Program-made: the position numbers and the translations under genes
The notes under the pieces: model-generated
The model's input: only the letters and a program-made list of their open reading frames with translations
Database searches by the model: none
What the model was told of the DNA's origin: nothing
Shown: positions 1 through 13,184 of the stretch, one piece after another
How positions within the stretch are numbered: the stretch's first letter is position 1
Layout of the letters: the number at the start of each line of letters is the position of its first letter
Source: Phoronis australis
Taxonomy: Eukaryota > Animalia > Phoronida
NCBI GenBank assembly: GCA_002633005.1
Contig: NMRA01000001.1
Location: forward strand, 190,625-254,624
Reading direction: 5' to 3'
DNA length: 64,000 bases

Positions 1-1318
1 AACTCGTAACTTATCCCGCTGTCCTCCAATATGGCCGACGCGATCCAAACAAAGTGACCCAAATTTCGCCACAAAACTTGCAATAACTTTACACTGCTTG
101 CCCCGATTTTGATACTTTTTCGATTTTTACTGAGTAGAATGTACTACCTTTCCGATGATAGCAAAGTACTTTTTCAAAACAAGAAAAAAATAAAACCGAA
201 AAAATTGGTTCGACCCATATTGGTTCCTAGGTTCGACCCGCCTACGTAAGGAACTAAACACCAATGCTATTTTAACATACTAAGTACGCGTAACATTCCA
301 AAAAAAATCAACGATCACTAACTACAAACTATAAATACACTACATATGCAAACGAATCACGATATATTACTAATAAAACAAAATAATGAAGACTTTTCGA
401 GCAAGCCATAGCACATTCAGGAAAAAATGGCGGCGTTCAGGACAAGTTCCTGAACTGATGAGCCGGAAATGTGGGTACGGAAATAACCGATGACAGCCGG
501 TTATTATACGCTCACAGAGAAGGGTCAAATACTGTTAAAAATCGCTTTTGGCAAGAAAGGCGAAAAGAATATAAAGAAAGGGTCTCGAAAATAAGAATTT
601 ATGTAGTAAGTATTTTCGGATACTGGAACCACATGGGCAGTTTGAGAGAAGGACTTTAAGGGGGAACTAATACACCAGTCTGTATCACCGTTACGTTGTT
701 GTCACTGTTCAAACAGCATGTTAGCAGCGCTCTTCCAGAGGTAGTGCAGTAAAAGAATTTTCTCGTAGATCCACCTAAGTCAAGGGAATAGATGTACATC
801 GGGAGAACACGTCTAAAACCTATTATGCAAGCTTTTTGCAAGTGGGGAGATAAGTGACTCACAACATCACCAAATCGTCAAGTTTCGTTTGGTGCAGTGC
901 ACACATGTGTTGTGTGAAGAAAAACAAGCAATCTAGTCTGCTCTGAACTCATGACAGGACTGGGTTTCCGATAGTTGGTTCCTAACATGTTATCGACTAT
1001 TAACTGATAAAGCAGGGAAAGAAGTGGTTACCATACCTTCTAACATATATACATTGTACATGTAGTGTACAGGAAGCATGTGTTAAGAACATGGAGGGAC
1101 GCACGAAAACAACGGACACAGCACTGCTGCGCCCTAATCATAGGCCAGCAATGGATTTAGCAGCTAACATTTCCGTACACTTCTTTTACTTTTAGACACG
1201 AAAAATAACTTCATAGCATGTACTTAATTATTTATCCTCAAACATTGGAAAATTTGTTTTGACCGACTAAGTTATTGCACGACCTTGATAGTGCTTATTA
1301 CAGGTATTCAAAGCCAAG

Positions 1319-1610
1319 GGCAGTGTGGTTGATAGGTTTCAATTCCGGACTCTCGTTTGAAGACCTGGCGTGCGTTCAGTAGACGCTAGGACCTACGCTA
1401 GGACCTAGTCAAAGTCACGTGTTCTTATTCAAAACACACGACGAAATCTCACGTATTCTCGCGAAGTCTTGCTTTTTAGCGAGGTCCTAGCGTTACTGAA
1501 CGAGAGGCAGGTTCGATTCCTAGCTTTACTGGCAGACAATCGTCCAACTTCTTGAGTGAACTCGGTCTTACTAATGACTGTAAGCAAGGGAGTGAATGAG
1601 AACCTGGAAA
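1319..1610 (+). mobile_element. Decayed tRNA-derived SINE interrupted by a palindromic element
   Basis: tRNA-like head GGCAGTGTGGTTGATAGGTT...CCGGACTCTCG (1319-1364) resumes after the insert with B-box GGTTCGATTCC (1510-1520). The 3' boundary is approximate. Confidence 0.35.
1365..1508. repeat. Palindromic interspersed repeat (MITE-like), copy 1
   Basis: Inverted arms CGTTCAGTAGACGCTAGGACCT ... AGGTCCTAGCGTTACTGAACG. Near-identical copy at 21682-21845; partial reverse copy near 26830-26885. Confidence 0.75.
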
Positions 1611-4174
1611 AATGCAAAAGCGATTTCTAGGGTGCGTTCGAATACTTGGAACTTCTGGGTTTGCTAATGTGAGTTTCGCTTCACAAATTATGTTTTCACG
1701 CTCGCTAATGTTCAAACTTGGACCTGCCTCTACTTTCTCCCGTTTCGATTTTCCCCCGTTCCAGTGTCAGTATTGTATAGGAGTATATGCTTCCGATAGA
1801 TGTCAATAGTAGTCATACATAAGCCGATCGTTAGCTAACAACTCACGATAAGTCGGGTTGCTATCTTTGACCATTGCCATTGGTGGCACTCAACACGATT
1901 TCCTCATTTTTGCCTCCCTGGGTAGGGTGAACTGAGGGACAGAAGTTAATTTCTTTTTTACAATAAAAGCACAAAATATGAAACATTTGCAAGTACTCAC
2001 CATACATAAAGCTTGCCTACACTCTAAGTACCTTGCATTCAAAGTGTGTTTTGTTCTTACTTTCATGCTACAGCAACATGGCCGGTGATGGCAAAAAACG
2101 AGCAAAAATACACAAAATTGTCAGTTTCAACCCAAAACCACGACTTGTGTCGACCAGTCCTTTCTTTCGCTTACCTGAAAAGTCAGAGGGGTGCCTAAAT
2201 TTCGGGCCAAAACTTGCCTTGCCTACAGGAAGAGGTAGAGAGGTTACAAACAGCCACGGTTGCCAGAAAAATGGATCAAAGGGGTAAAAACCAGGATTTT
2301 TTTCAAAGCAGGTTCAGATGTGAACAAACAACAATCATAGCCACCACACTTACACTAAATCTCAAAATGTGTAGCTCATCCTTTAATTCAGACGTCAATT
2401 TCTTGTGAAAGTGGGGGAGGGATTTATTCGACTGTGGCTCAAAAAATCTATTGAGTGCAACCATCACGGTTACTGATGACGTAATTGCAAACTCTCTATA
2501 ATTGAATACTGAACTGTTAAGGTGCAAGCTACATGTACATGTAAATGTTCTCAGGCCCAATGCCCTGCAGGGCGCAAGCTGGCCGAAGACGCCGTCGGAA
2601 TGGTCTTTTCTCGATGACCGAGAATGAATAGTTGAAAGAAATATTAGGAACGGTAGCTGAGCCATTGTGTAATCAGAGTTGATCTATCGTAAGCTCCGCC
2701 CCTTGCTAAATGATGACAAACAATAAGGCTTGGAGACGAAGGTGTGTCAAGATTGCTGCGTTTTCAGCCGTCATTCAAGAAACAGGGCATAATCGACCTA
2801 TAGCCAATTGTGCCGCCGCTATAGTTATCGCCAGTCTTCGTGTGTCATCTGTACGTTTTGATTCTGTAACCTTTGAGTAACATGTCAATATTTCGTACGT
2901 CGCTATCTCGGACTTTCAGTATTTCGTATGTTATGTCGAGCAAATTGACCCTTACTGGCATCACAAGCACATTGTCCGAAAACACAGCAATTTGCGGAAC
3001 GCTTAAAATTGCATTGTAAAAACTATCGCTGGAGCGGTCGTGACGTAGGCTTAATTCTGAAAGAGAGATCATCAAATTGCTAAATAGTTACAAGTTTTGT
3101 ACAAAGAACAGGTAACGAGTCGCACGTACATGATTACCAAAGTGACTAAAGCAAATTCCCGACCGCACTCAATAGAAACAATGATAAAAGAACAAAATTG
3201 TGACAGGTGAATTTCACTGAACGCGACATTCACAGGGCCATTTCGAACGTGGAGAAAACTTTTTTGGTCCGGCGCCGGAAAGGTTTTCTTCGGGGCGGAA
3301 ATTGAAGGTTTTCTCCGAAGAGAATTCTTTTGGGGAAAAGTGATTTTTTTTCTTAATGTCAGTCTTTTCAATGTCAGCATTGGCGACTGTAACATCAATT
3401 TCAGTGGTTTTGTGAGGCTTAGACACACGTAGACGCAGTATATCGAGATTTCCAGTTCATGTTCTCTATTAAAGTTGGCATAAATTCTGGCAGACGCTGG
3501 CGGCAGGGTTAAATTGCTGCTGTTGGAGTCCGAACATTTCCGTTGGCACAGTGACCACTGGGCTTGGTTTGGTGTAGCAGTTATGGTACACGATGCTCAC
3601 ACGGTGACTGCCAACCGTGACTGTGCGGAATTAACAAATAGTATTCGTGAATGGCACACTAAAATTTAAAGGCGCGTTGCGTTTGTTGCCTTGACCAAAT
3701 GCCAGTTGAAAATACATGGACGGCGAAGCACTGAAATAAGTGATGTCTATAGCCCCCTATGGTGCGCCGCTGATGAATTACGAAGTTTATGAGCAGACTA
3801 CAACGGGAAAGGTTTCTAGAACAGCATAGTGGCTGGGCGTGTTAACAGCACGATAAATCTACCACCACAAGTGCACGTGGGAATTTCTAATAGCGTGCGT
3901 TGAAGTTAAAGGCGAAGGCAACCTTTTTCCATGTCATTTTGAGCTAAAATAAGGTTGGTTGGTTATCCTAGACATATTTTTCACTTAATTACAGCTTTTC
4001 GTAATTTTATTAATTATTCGTCCGCTTTTCCGGAAGTGACGTTTTAGGAGGCAAGCGCTTCCCGCCAATTGCTTTTCACATAGTCTGACTGTGAGAGCTG
4101 CCGAGTCAGTCATTGTTCTACCTCGGTTGTGTTAAGTTCCGTCGTCGTTCGCTTTCATTTACTAGTCAGTCAAC

Positions 4175-4221
4175 ATGCCACACTGTTGCTGCGTACCGGG
4201 ATGTAGTAATTATCGGCTCAC
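4175..4221 (+). CDS. N-terminus of THAP-domain protein (putative Kolobok transposase), truncated by gap
   Basis: MPHCCCVPGCSNYRL matches the THAP start motif M-P-x-C-x-V-P-G-C-x-N and lies just inside the left TIR. Confidence 0.65.
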
Positions 4222-4674
4222 NNNNNNNNNNNNNNNNNNNNNNNNNNNNNNNNNNNNNNNNNNNNNNNNNNNNNNNNNNNNNNNNNNNNNNNNNNNNNNN
4301 NNNNNNNNNNNNNNNNNNNNNNNNNNNNNNNNNNNNNNNNNNNNNNNNNNNNNNNNNNNNNNNNNNNNNNNNNNNNNNNNNNNNNNNNNNNNNNNNNNNN
4401 NNNNNNNNNNNNNNNNNNNNNNNNNNNNNNNNNNNNNNNNNNNNNNNNNNNNNNNNNNNNNNNNNNNNNNNNNNNNNNNNNNNNNNNNNNNNNNNNNNNN
4501 NNNNNNNNNNNNNNNNNNNNNNNNNNNNNNNNNNNNNNNNNNNNNNNNNNNNNNNNNNNNNNNNNNNNNNNNNNNNNNNNNNNNNNNNNNNNNNNNNNNN
4601 NNNNNNNNNNNNNNNNNNNNNNNNNNNNNNNNNNNNNNNNNNNNNNNNNNNNNNNNNNNNNNNNNNNNNNNNNN
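4222..4674. other. Assembly gap (453 N)
   Basis: Run of N. Confidence 1.
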
Positions 4675-4963
4675 GGAAGAGACCAAAAAGATAATTGATG
4701 TGGAACTCGGAACAGCACAAGCATTCAATTGAGGTAGGCATAACAACGCACACAGTGCATTTGCACCAAGATGTGTCACCACGTCTGTCTTCAGTAGCCG
4801 CCTCGTTTCTCTCAACAGCTGCCTGTGCCTGTGTGTACTCTGCCTCGTTGTACTCGGGCTCAAACATGTACCCACCCACTGAATGTCCGTGAAAAAATTC
4901 CTCGTCACCACTGCCGTGAACAAGGTCTCCGTCACTGTGATACGGGTCACCGACTCCAACCAT
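4675..4963 (-). CDS. KolX / P2X7 cytoplasmic-ballast-like Cys-rich protein, N-terminal part, truncated by gap
   Basis: ATG at 4963; motifs YMFEPEY and WCKCTVCVVMPTSIECLCCSE resemble the P2RX7 C-terminal zinc-binding region found in Kolobok accessory proteins. Confidence 0.7.
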
Positions 4964-7900
4964 TTTCAGCTTACAACACACTAAACAATCCCTAAATCCA
5001 ACGCAGTTGAGTTCTCTACTAACCTATCTTGCCACAGAATACTCGCCGATGGAAAGTGGTGGCGACAATTGGTGAACAATAGTACAAAACAAAAGTAGAA
5101 TAGAACAGATTCGCAAAGTAAGCTCAACGCAAAACCAAGTGGCGGGAAGCGCTTGCCTCCTAAAACGTCACTTCCGGAAAAGCGGACGAGTAATTAATAA
5201 AATTACGAAAAGCTGTAATTAAGTGAAAAATATGTCTAGGATAACCAACCAACCTTATTTTAGCTCAGTCAAAATGACATGGAAAAAGGTTGCCTTCGCC
5301 TTTAATATTTTCATATCTCATTCAAAGATTTTATAGTATCTTTGCCTCATTTATGCTACGCCATAGCGCAGACGGACTGTCACTGATGACGTCACTGACA
5401 ATTTTTTTCGTTACTTTATTTCTTGATTACAAGTACACAAATTGAAGAAGAAATATTTATAATATCATGCCAAAATTGTTGGTAACCGAATTCAAGCATT
5501 TATGACCATAGTGTGAAGGGTTTAATGGACGCCACTGAGCAACGAAACTGTTCACATTCTTTGGGACGGGAGGGGGGTGACTCTTTCGAATGGCTTGGAT
5601 TATTTCCTTGAAGTTCTCGGTTAAACAGTAATTCTGCACTTACTGTTGGACAATAAACTGGTATTTCTTTCATGAGCAGTGAGTTTCAGTGCTCAAAACC
5701 CCCATCCACCTTGTTTAGACTAGTAACTACATTGAAAAAATCATTAAGCCTTCTTTGATAGTATGGCTTATCATGAGAACGAGAATGTAGAAAACAGGCC
5801 AGGCGACTTTAACTGTCTCCACGGACACGAGTGAGACGTCCGAACGTATCGGATTCTGTTATCGGTGTGCCTTGTCAGCCAACACGCAAGTTTCTTGCTC
5901 AAACTTATTCCATACTCGTTCTTCTCCGATGACCCTTGGAAACATTAAAAAGCAGCAGCGTGGTCAAATACCAAGTTGTCGCAACCACCACAAAAGGAGC
6001 GCTTCATCGGGCCTCATTATACCATAAACCATGGTTATTGGAGCAGTAATTTCTGACGACATTTCACAATGAACACAATGGATGATGACTGGACCTGGGA
6101 TTTTACGTAGCATGTATCGACCATGACATCAGCTAATTAACGTATCGTCAGATAGTGGCCGCTATTGATCTAATTTGTGACATCCAATCGACTCGTGGGG
6201 GTTCTGTTGCTTTATGGTGTTTGTATATGAAATTGATGATTTCAAGCTTTTTAATATACCCTATTGGCGCTTCATCAGAAACAACGCCCCATTACGAACT
6301 TAAGGGTTCTATTTAAAAGACACGGAAACAAACCAGGCATAGGTCCACTAGTTCCGTACTTACGACGCTTTAATAACAGAAGATCACGTGGCACCACATC
6401 AAATCCAGAGGCCCAAATCCTGAAAAACAGCCCGAACATTGTTACTCTCATGAACTTCTAAGTGGAGTCCGTGCAAAAAATAAGTGAGCAGCGTACAAGA
6501 ATTTGGGAGTTATTAGGTGATCATACGGGCGAATTTACAAGATGCGAGCCGGGGCGATAATTAGACACCACAGTCGTCACGTCATGTTTATGCACAGCTA
6601 TCATTACATTCACGATTCCGTCTCCCAAACGAAATGTCTTGTTAAAAATTGTAGTTACTTGGGGCGGATCCAGGATTTTTAAAAGGAGGATCGAGTCAAA
6701 GATTTTAAAAAAAGAGATCCGAGTCAACAATTTAAAATTCTAAATTTTATATTACTAAAATCAGGGGAAAGAGGATTCCCTTGACACCCTGGATCTGCCT
6801 ATTGAATAGTAAGATAATTTACCAGCAATTTAAACATTTTACTCGGTCGATAAGTCATTCTTCAACATTCTATAGTTTGAATAGAACTTACTAGAACAGT
6901 GACTTTGACCTAATATCCCTACGCGGAAATTGTTTATTACAACACGAATATTGTTCATGAAATAATTTTAAAATAAATTGGCTTCTTCTAATTTGAAGTG
7001 GCAGCATTTTTACCGGTAATATTCCATTTAAGGCAAGGAAATGAATTGTGAGTGGGTCTAGTATTCCTTAGAATGTTTTGGTTTGTTGCTAGCAGATTGA
7101 ATTAAGGTTTTGCGATGATCAGCTTTGACAGATGATATCAGGTTTTTGGTTAACACAGATGGTATTTACACGTATATCTTGATACACATGCACGTGTAGG
7201 ACTGGGCAGTTTGACTATTTTTATACAACAAATATTTCCTTTTTTAATTCTTGTTGTACGTTATTATTAAACCAATTACTGTTATGGTAATTCACGTTGG
7301 ACATAGTTACACGAGAGGCAGCTTGAGTGGTTCCATAGTGAGTAAGCTTCTAAAAGTTTTTCGCTGTAATATCTTGGAAGTCCAGCAAGTGAGTGGCTGT
7401 TTATCTGATCGAGGTCTGGCTAGAGTATTTTATTTTCACTGATGACTGAGTATACTAATGTGAAAACGTAAGCAGAGAGTTACCGTGATTGATTTGTAAA
7501 ATGGAGTCAAGGATTGAATAATATTGTAGTTGCGAAATGGTGTAACAATAAAGTTTCTTAAGAGAACTGACGACAGAGAATTTCTAATTGGTCTGTTGTT
7601 TTTGGTTTTGACAGCAAATGAAATTGTTTTGAAACCAATGCCGAACTCGGTTGTGTAAAAACTTGTACTTGATTTTCAAGCAAGACTTCAAGCAGAGGTA
7701 TTGGATTTGTGTGCATAGTTTGAAATGGTAGTTAGTCTAAAGCTCGTTTCTGAAGAAATTGTAATATTGTGACATTTTAAAATACCCATATTGTGATAAG
7801 AAAAATTGAAGTGACTATGGATGATTAATAGTGAGCTGTGGGTATTGCGAATAAAGGCAAGTGTTTCTTACGTTTACTTATTACGCTTCAGCGATACGCA

Positions 7901-8860
7901 ACAGCGGATGTCTCATAAGAGCGAAATCTGAAAATGGCATTAACATAATTCCGAAGGTTCAAGTACGCGTTTTCTATTCATGACACATGTGTAGAGTTGC
8001 ACGTAGGTCGGAATAACAACTCATGCATTCATTGCGTCGTTAACGAAATCATTCTTAATTGAAATTGCGTATTCATAAAATGTTCGTAAATGACAATAAA
8101 AATTACCACCAAATTTCTTTGTTTTTTGGTATTTCATTAGTTTTTTGGTTAGATAGACAACACAAATATTGACTTCCGCATATGTCGAAGAACACAAAAA
8201 CTAGATTGACCTACTTGGACTGAAGGGTCACGCTGAACCCGTCAGTACATAAAATGCAAATTTTGGGTGTATTTTCTTCGTTTTATATGCTAGTAACGGG
8301 TCTTTCAATATAGCCCAACGCTAAGTGAGTTCTGCGATGTTCGATAAGGCTGGCAAGCAAGCTATAATGTATCAGTGTAGCGGGGTCCAAGCGAATGTTG
8401 TGAAAATCAAGCACCAACATTTCCATACAACCTTATAGCCACTTCAGTTGGCCTCGATTTCCAGGTAGGCCTCTCTCAAGGGTTCATTGGCAATGACAAT
8501 TTATAATGGGCAAGTTCTCAGGGTACAAAAAAATAAAGATGGAGGTGCCAATATGGTCCATAATGCGTCACTTGTTAGAGCTATTTATGTTTTTGTTTTT
8601 CCCCCAATAAATAATCATATTCAGAGTTGTTTAGGAAGGATATTATTTTTTCCATCTTATACGAATTTTCCAATCCTAGTGATGTAGATGACCCTTTGTA
8701 CCAACCTTTGAGGTATTGCCCTATTGTTTGTATATACAGTATTCCAATTTTTGGAATGACTGGTTTCAAAAGGCTTTATGATACGTACATGTATATGACT
8801 CAACTGACCCGGAAAAATGCTACAGTTATGACTACCATACTTATTGTATACGTTTTCACT

Positions 8861-8920
8861 TTACCATTGCATTACCCATTTTACCATTGCATTACCCATT
8901 TTACCATTGCATTACCCATT
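8861..8920. repeat. Tandem repeat, 3 x 20 bp (TTACCATTGCATTACCCATT)
   Basis: Three exact copies. Confidence 0.9.
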
Positions 8921-9845
8921 TCTTTCTTGGGATCATCTGAGATACGAGAGTCACTTCATTTTTACTGAACATATTTTTCCGAATCTCCTCTGAAAATAAA
9001 GGGACCTGGAAAATCTCTCAATTTTATAATTCCATGTCAAACCTGTCGCCTAATTAAAGAGGAGATGACAATTAACTTGGTCGATGAAACTCAGTCTTAG
9101 AAAAAATTCATACCATTGTACTTCCGATGTCAGACTCTAATGGTTATAATTCCGTATCAACCAAAGACTTATTGGTAAGAGAATAGGTGTTCGCCACCGT
9201 CTTTGTGTTCCTTGAGTGAGCAACACGAAGAAAAATTCCACTTGTTCAGGATTTTTTGAGTACTTTAAAAACATGAATGATAAATCAGTGTGATGTCCTT
9301 CTGCAGTTGTGTATATCTACCGCCTTGTTTGGAAATCAAGCCTGTAGATTGGAAGTAAATTTAATTCTTTGTTGAGCGAAATTTCTTTTCTATTGGCTAA
9401 TGTTGCAAAACGCTAAAGCCTACTCTCAGTTATGTTTACGGAAGGTTTGCGATTACCACAACTACGAAAACTTATTGATTGTTATAAATTGGTGCCTGAG
9501 AGATTCCAGGCAAGGTGGTCTTGCTTTTTGTGTAGTAATTAGTTTTCATAATGTTCGGTAGTGTTTGTTAAAACGCTATTAAAACACAAATTAAAATTTG
9601 TTTGATGTACTTGTTGCTTGAATTAATAAATATTTACTTAACATAAAAGAAAATTTTTTAAAATGTTGACAACGATTTCTTGATTACCAAATGATTAAAC
9701 ACACATGGTACATAAGATCTGTCCGGAAAAAATAGTTTGAGTAAAGCAATACTTGCACACTTGTTGCAGTTCCTGCCTGACATATACCATCTGTCGTCGG
9801 CCGACTACACTAGGCCTACCTCTGCTCCACTTCACGCAAGGAAAT

Positions 9846-11671
9846 TTAAGCAAAACATCTGAGGGGTCCGAGTTGGTATTTACCCTCTTCCCCAGAGTCC
9901 CCCAAGTCTCCAAATGTCAGTTTAGTCACGGGAAGGGTATCTTTATCCGTAATAAGCCCAGAATCCGATAACCAATTCAAGGTATTTGAATGACAGTTGC
10001 ATTTTGCATTGGTAGCGCAAGTGTTGTCCATACCGCATGCGCAACTTTTGCTTCCTGCTGTAGCTCCGCCCCAGTAATCTTGCAACTGTCCATCTCGTGA
10101 GTAAAAACCGATCCACTGTTGAGGATCAAAAACAATTGCAGACCCAATGCAGTCGTAGGAGATATATTGCTCGCACCGTGTTGATGTGCTGATAACGGGT
10201 ATGATCTGTTCTATGGCCGCCACGTACGTTACATTAACAACACAGCACATGGCGCATTCGCAATCACCAGCGTCCGTCTTCTCCTCACGATTGTGATGGA
10301 TAATGGTCTCTGACGCTCTTGACGGTCCATTCATTTTGCATTCTACTGTGAAGTTGGGAAGGCCACCTTGTCCATCCGGGTCTAGAGTATACTCACCATC
10401 CTCAATGCAACCTATCTTTTTCCAGTCTTCGCATGAAGCTACAAGAATTAAAGCGGATACCATGAAAACGACCGCGTTCCGTCAAAAATTTGATAAGTTC
10501 TTACACTTTTAAATGTCACATGTAAAACTGATTACAACTTGTTCTTAACCCAGATGAGAAGTACAGGTATCTTGGCTTGGAAAAGTGACTGTTTTTCATT
10601 GCTTGAGACGCTTTTCGATGCCATGATGGGCCACTTCGTGGTGCCTGCTACTAATCAATAACGAACCGTCACGTCTGAGTAAGACATTGCACCAATCAAC
10701 TCCAATCTGACTAAGGAGCAATTTGAGATCAATTTACAACCGGAAGTAGCTAAAGAACAGGTTTTGGGCGGGTTATAGACATCTTAGTATCCAGTGATAG
10801 TCAACTCCTAATTTGAATGCGGCACAGAATGTGAAAGACAATCTAATTGACATTATTCAAATTTTTTTCTCTGTTACTGAAAGAGAAGTCAAATTGTTCA
10901 CCAGGTACTTTTACGGTTTGTTAGTAAAGATCTTAAATTTCTGATGATGTCAAATGATTTTGCCATTTAGGTTTATTTAAAAAAACGATCTGTCAACTGC
11001 TCGTCATTTCGTAGACTTTTTCCAACAAGGCATTCGTGACATTTAGTACCAGAGTGAATTACACGTTGACAGAATTGCATTGTTGAAAATAAACTTGGAC
11101 TGTTCACAAAACTTCCCTTACGTAGGAAATAAGTCTCTATTAATTTTCATTGAAATATTACAAGGACTCTATTTTGAAACATATTATATTAGAAATAACA
11201 ACATTAGTGAGTAAACTAAGTCTATCAATGTGCAAAAGATTTATGAAGGGACTGTTTGTGACTATTTTATGTCACTGGCAGTTCGCAACGACTTATCTGA
11301 CCATCTTGTCGATAAGTAAAAGTATAGTTACACAGTTACTTACCGAAGCTATTCTGGTCTTGGTCCAAACTTGTCCACACGGACCAACCAGAAGCTGGTG
11401 ACGGTTTCGCAGGACACGCGCTACAGAGTTCACATGACATTCCCTCCGGTAGGTAGTTAAACGTCACGCAGAAGTTTGAATTGGCATCACGCTTCATCAA
11501 GCAAGTCGAAGCGCACTCCAGTAAAAGTACACCATGGTATCTTGCAGTCACGGTACAATTATCTCTATAATCTTTGTTTTTCTGAAATACTGCACTCATA
11601 GCAAAGCCATATTTAAAAAACAGGAAAGCAGTATAGCACATTAAACTAGACGCGCTCATATTCAAGTGCAT
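9846..11671 (-). CDS. Secreted PAN/apple-like + CASPR/neurexin-IV-type fibrinogen-like protein (2 exons, ~306 aa)
   Basis: Exon 1 11671-11344 has a hydrophobic leader and ECASTC...CVTFNY...CELC, ending at donor G|GTAAGT (phase 1). Exon 2 10438-9846 follows acceptor TTCTTGTAG|CT (phase 1) and has SCEDWK..DGEYTLDPDG..FTVEC..CEQYISYDC..YWGG..CACG..CNC..DSGLITDKDTLPV..GPLRC, typical of the CNTNAP fibrinogen-like module. The start could be ATG 11671 or 11659. Confidence 0.8.
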
Positions 11672-12039
11672 GCTCTTTGCAAGTCTTATGCGAAGTGGTT
11701 AAGTGACTGTCGAGTTTTGCAATCACTCGATAATTGTGAATTTCTGGACCTCAGCGCTGAGCGATGAATTTCTTCCTGCTTGTTCACCTATTGTTCGCCA
11801 GTTGACTCTTTCGAAATGTATATTTCCACATACAGGTTCTGCTGTTTACTAAAAATTCCACATTTTGTTGCACTGCTATTGAAAGACAAATACTATTTTT
11901 TTTGCTTTTGGTTTTTGCTGCTGTACGAAATTTCCTCACTTGGTGGTGAAAGCAACATTGAGATACGAACAAGCATTAATTCTATGATGCGCCAAAGGGG
12001 TCTTAAACAAATGCAGGTGTACCTTTCTGCGCGTTCATG

Positions 12040-12253
12040 TGTGCTTAATCAACGCGTAGTTTTGTTTATCAACACATAGTTTTGTTAAATGAACGCGTAC
12101 TTTCACTTCTTAAGCAATATTCGTTCTGATCTTATTCAGCGCGTATTTTTACTTAATCATCGTGTACTTTTGCTTATTCAGCACGTACTTTTAGTTCTTA
12201 AACGATCATCTTTCTGTTCTTATTCAACGCACATTTTAGCTTAATCAACGCGC
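12040..12253. repeat. Degenerate ~21-bp tandem repeat
   Basis: About 8 imperfect units resembling CTTAATCAACGCGTACTTTTG. Confidence 0.6.
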
Positions 12254-13184
12254 TGAAATAATAATTATTCGCTGTGTCCAATCAAAGACAAGCTTCCATT
12301 TATTACGTAACGATGCCATCATTTACGTAGTCATAAAAATCTTCAGCATTTTTCAAAAGCTATTGCTGGAAGCTCCTTTTTCTCTGCTGTTTACAGTAAA
12401 TGAAGTGACATTAGGTTAAGTCATATCGTCTGCATATGTTCTAGCCAGGGCCGCCTTAACAAAACCATGGACAACGGGCAATGAAAACATCAACTGCGTA
12501 CCAACCAGTACATTGTGTATTTACCGATAGGCCTACCAGCACATCAGCGGCAATGTACATTAATATTTAACGAACACGTTTAAATGTTTCAACAGTATAA
12601 ATTAATGAAATGCTTTTCTACATACAAGCTAGGTAAGGAAATGACAATCAAACGGTAGGGTCTCGAACGGCTCAACATTAAATTACCTATTAATTAAATT
12701 GCTTTGACACACACGTTCCGTTTTAAAGGAATTTTATGATTAATACCTTGTACGTCAGTGGCACGAAACCCAGTTTTATCCTAGACAATAACCTTCAATT
12801 CCTACATATTAAGAGATTCTTCACTAACCACTTTCCACGTTCTGATATGATGCCGAATGTGCGTTATTGCCAATTTCTAGCGTTGCAATTTTGGATTTAT
12901 TTCAAGTTTTGAATATCGATTTCTCGACGATGCGCGAACAGACTGCTATGAAATTTCGAATACTTGCTATTTGATACATTCCGAAGGAAAGTTCCCCAAC
13001 GTTGTCTAAAAGGTGGGCATTCGAGACCATGTCACCCTGCCACTTCCCTTTAACAACAAAATTCAAATACCCATGACTAGACGTTTCTTCTTTATCTGGT
13101 ATATAACTTGTTCAATGGTAACTAAAATGTTGAATAACAGAGATTGATATTGCAGATGAAATCTCAATTTGATTGGTGTAGCAT

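Larger units (their letters stand above)
3910..5301. mobile_element. Kolobok-like DNA transposon (interior partly in an assembly gap)
   Basis: TIRs 3910-4067 and 5140-5301 differ only by one substitution and a 4-bp indel. Termini AG...CT, with TTAA on both sides (3906-3909, 5302-5305). Convergent THAP-start and KolX-like ORFs inside. TTAA TSD with RR..YY termini is the Kolobok signature. Confidence 0.85.

Noticed and set aside
436-500. CTGATGAG...GAAA as a hammerhead ribozyme core
   Set aside because: Stems I-III cannot be formed around the core.
4113-4981. Long ORFs of 168-271 aa spanning 4.1-5.0 kb
   Set aside because: Lengths are inflated by the N gap; only the THAP start and the KolX-like part are supported.
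9846-10463. Calling this ORF a true CNTNAP/neurexin IV orthologue or a single-exon gene
   Set aside because: No LamG, discoidin, EGF or TM exons nearby. The apparent MVSALILV leader overlaps a splice acceptor that fits the upstream exon.
12040-12253. CRISPR-like appearance of spaced repeats (also 43074-43291)
   Set aside because: Eukaryotic context, no unique spacers, no cas genes.
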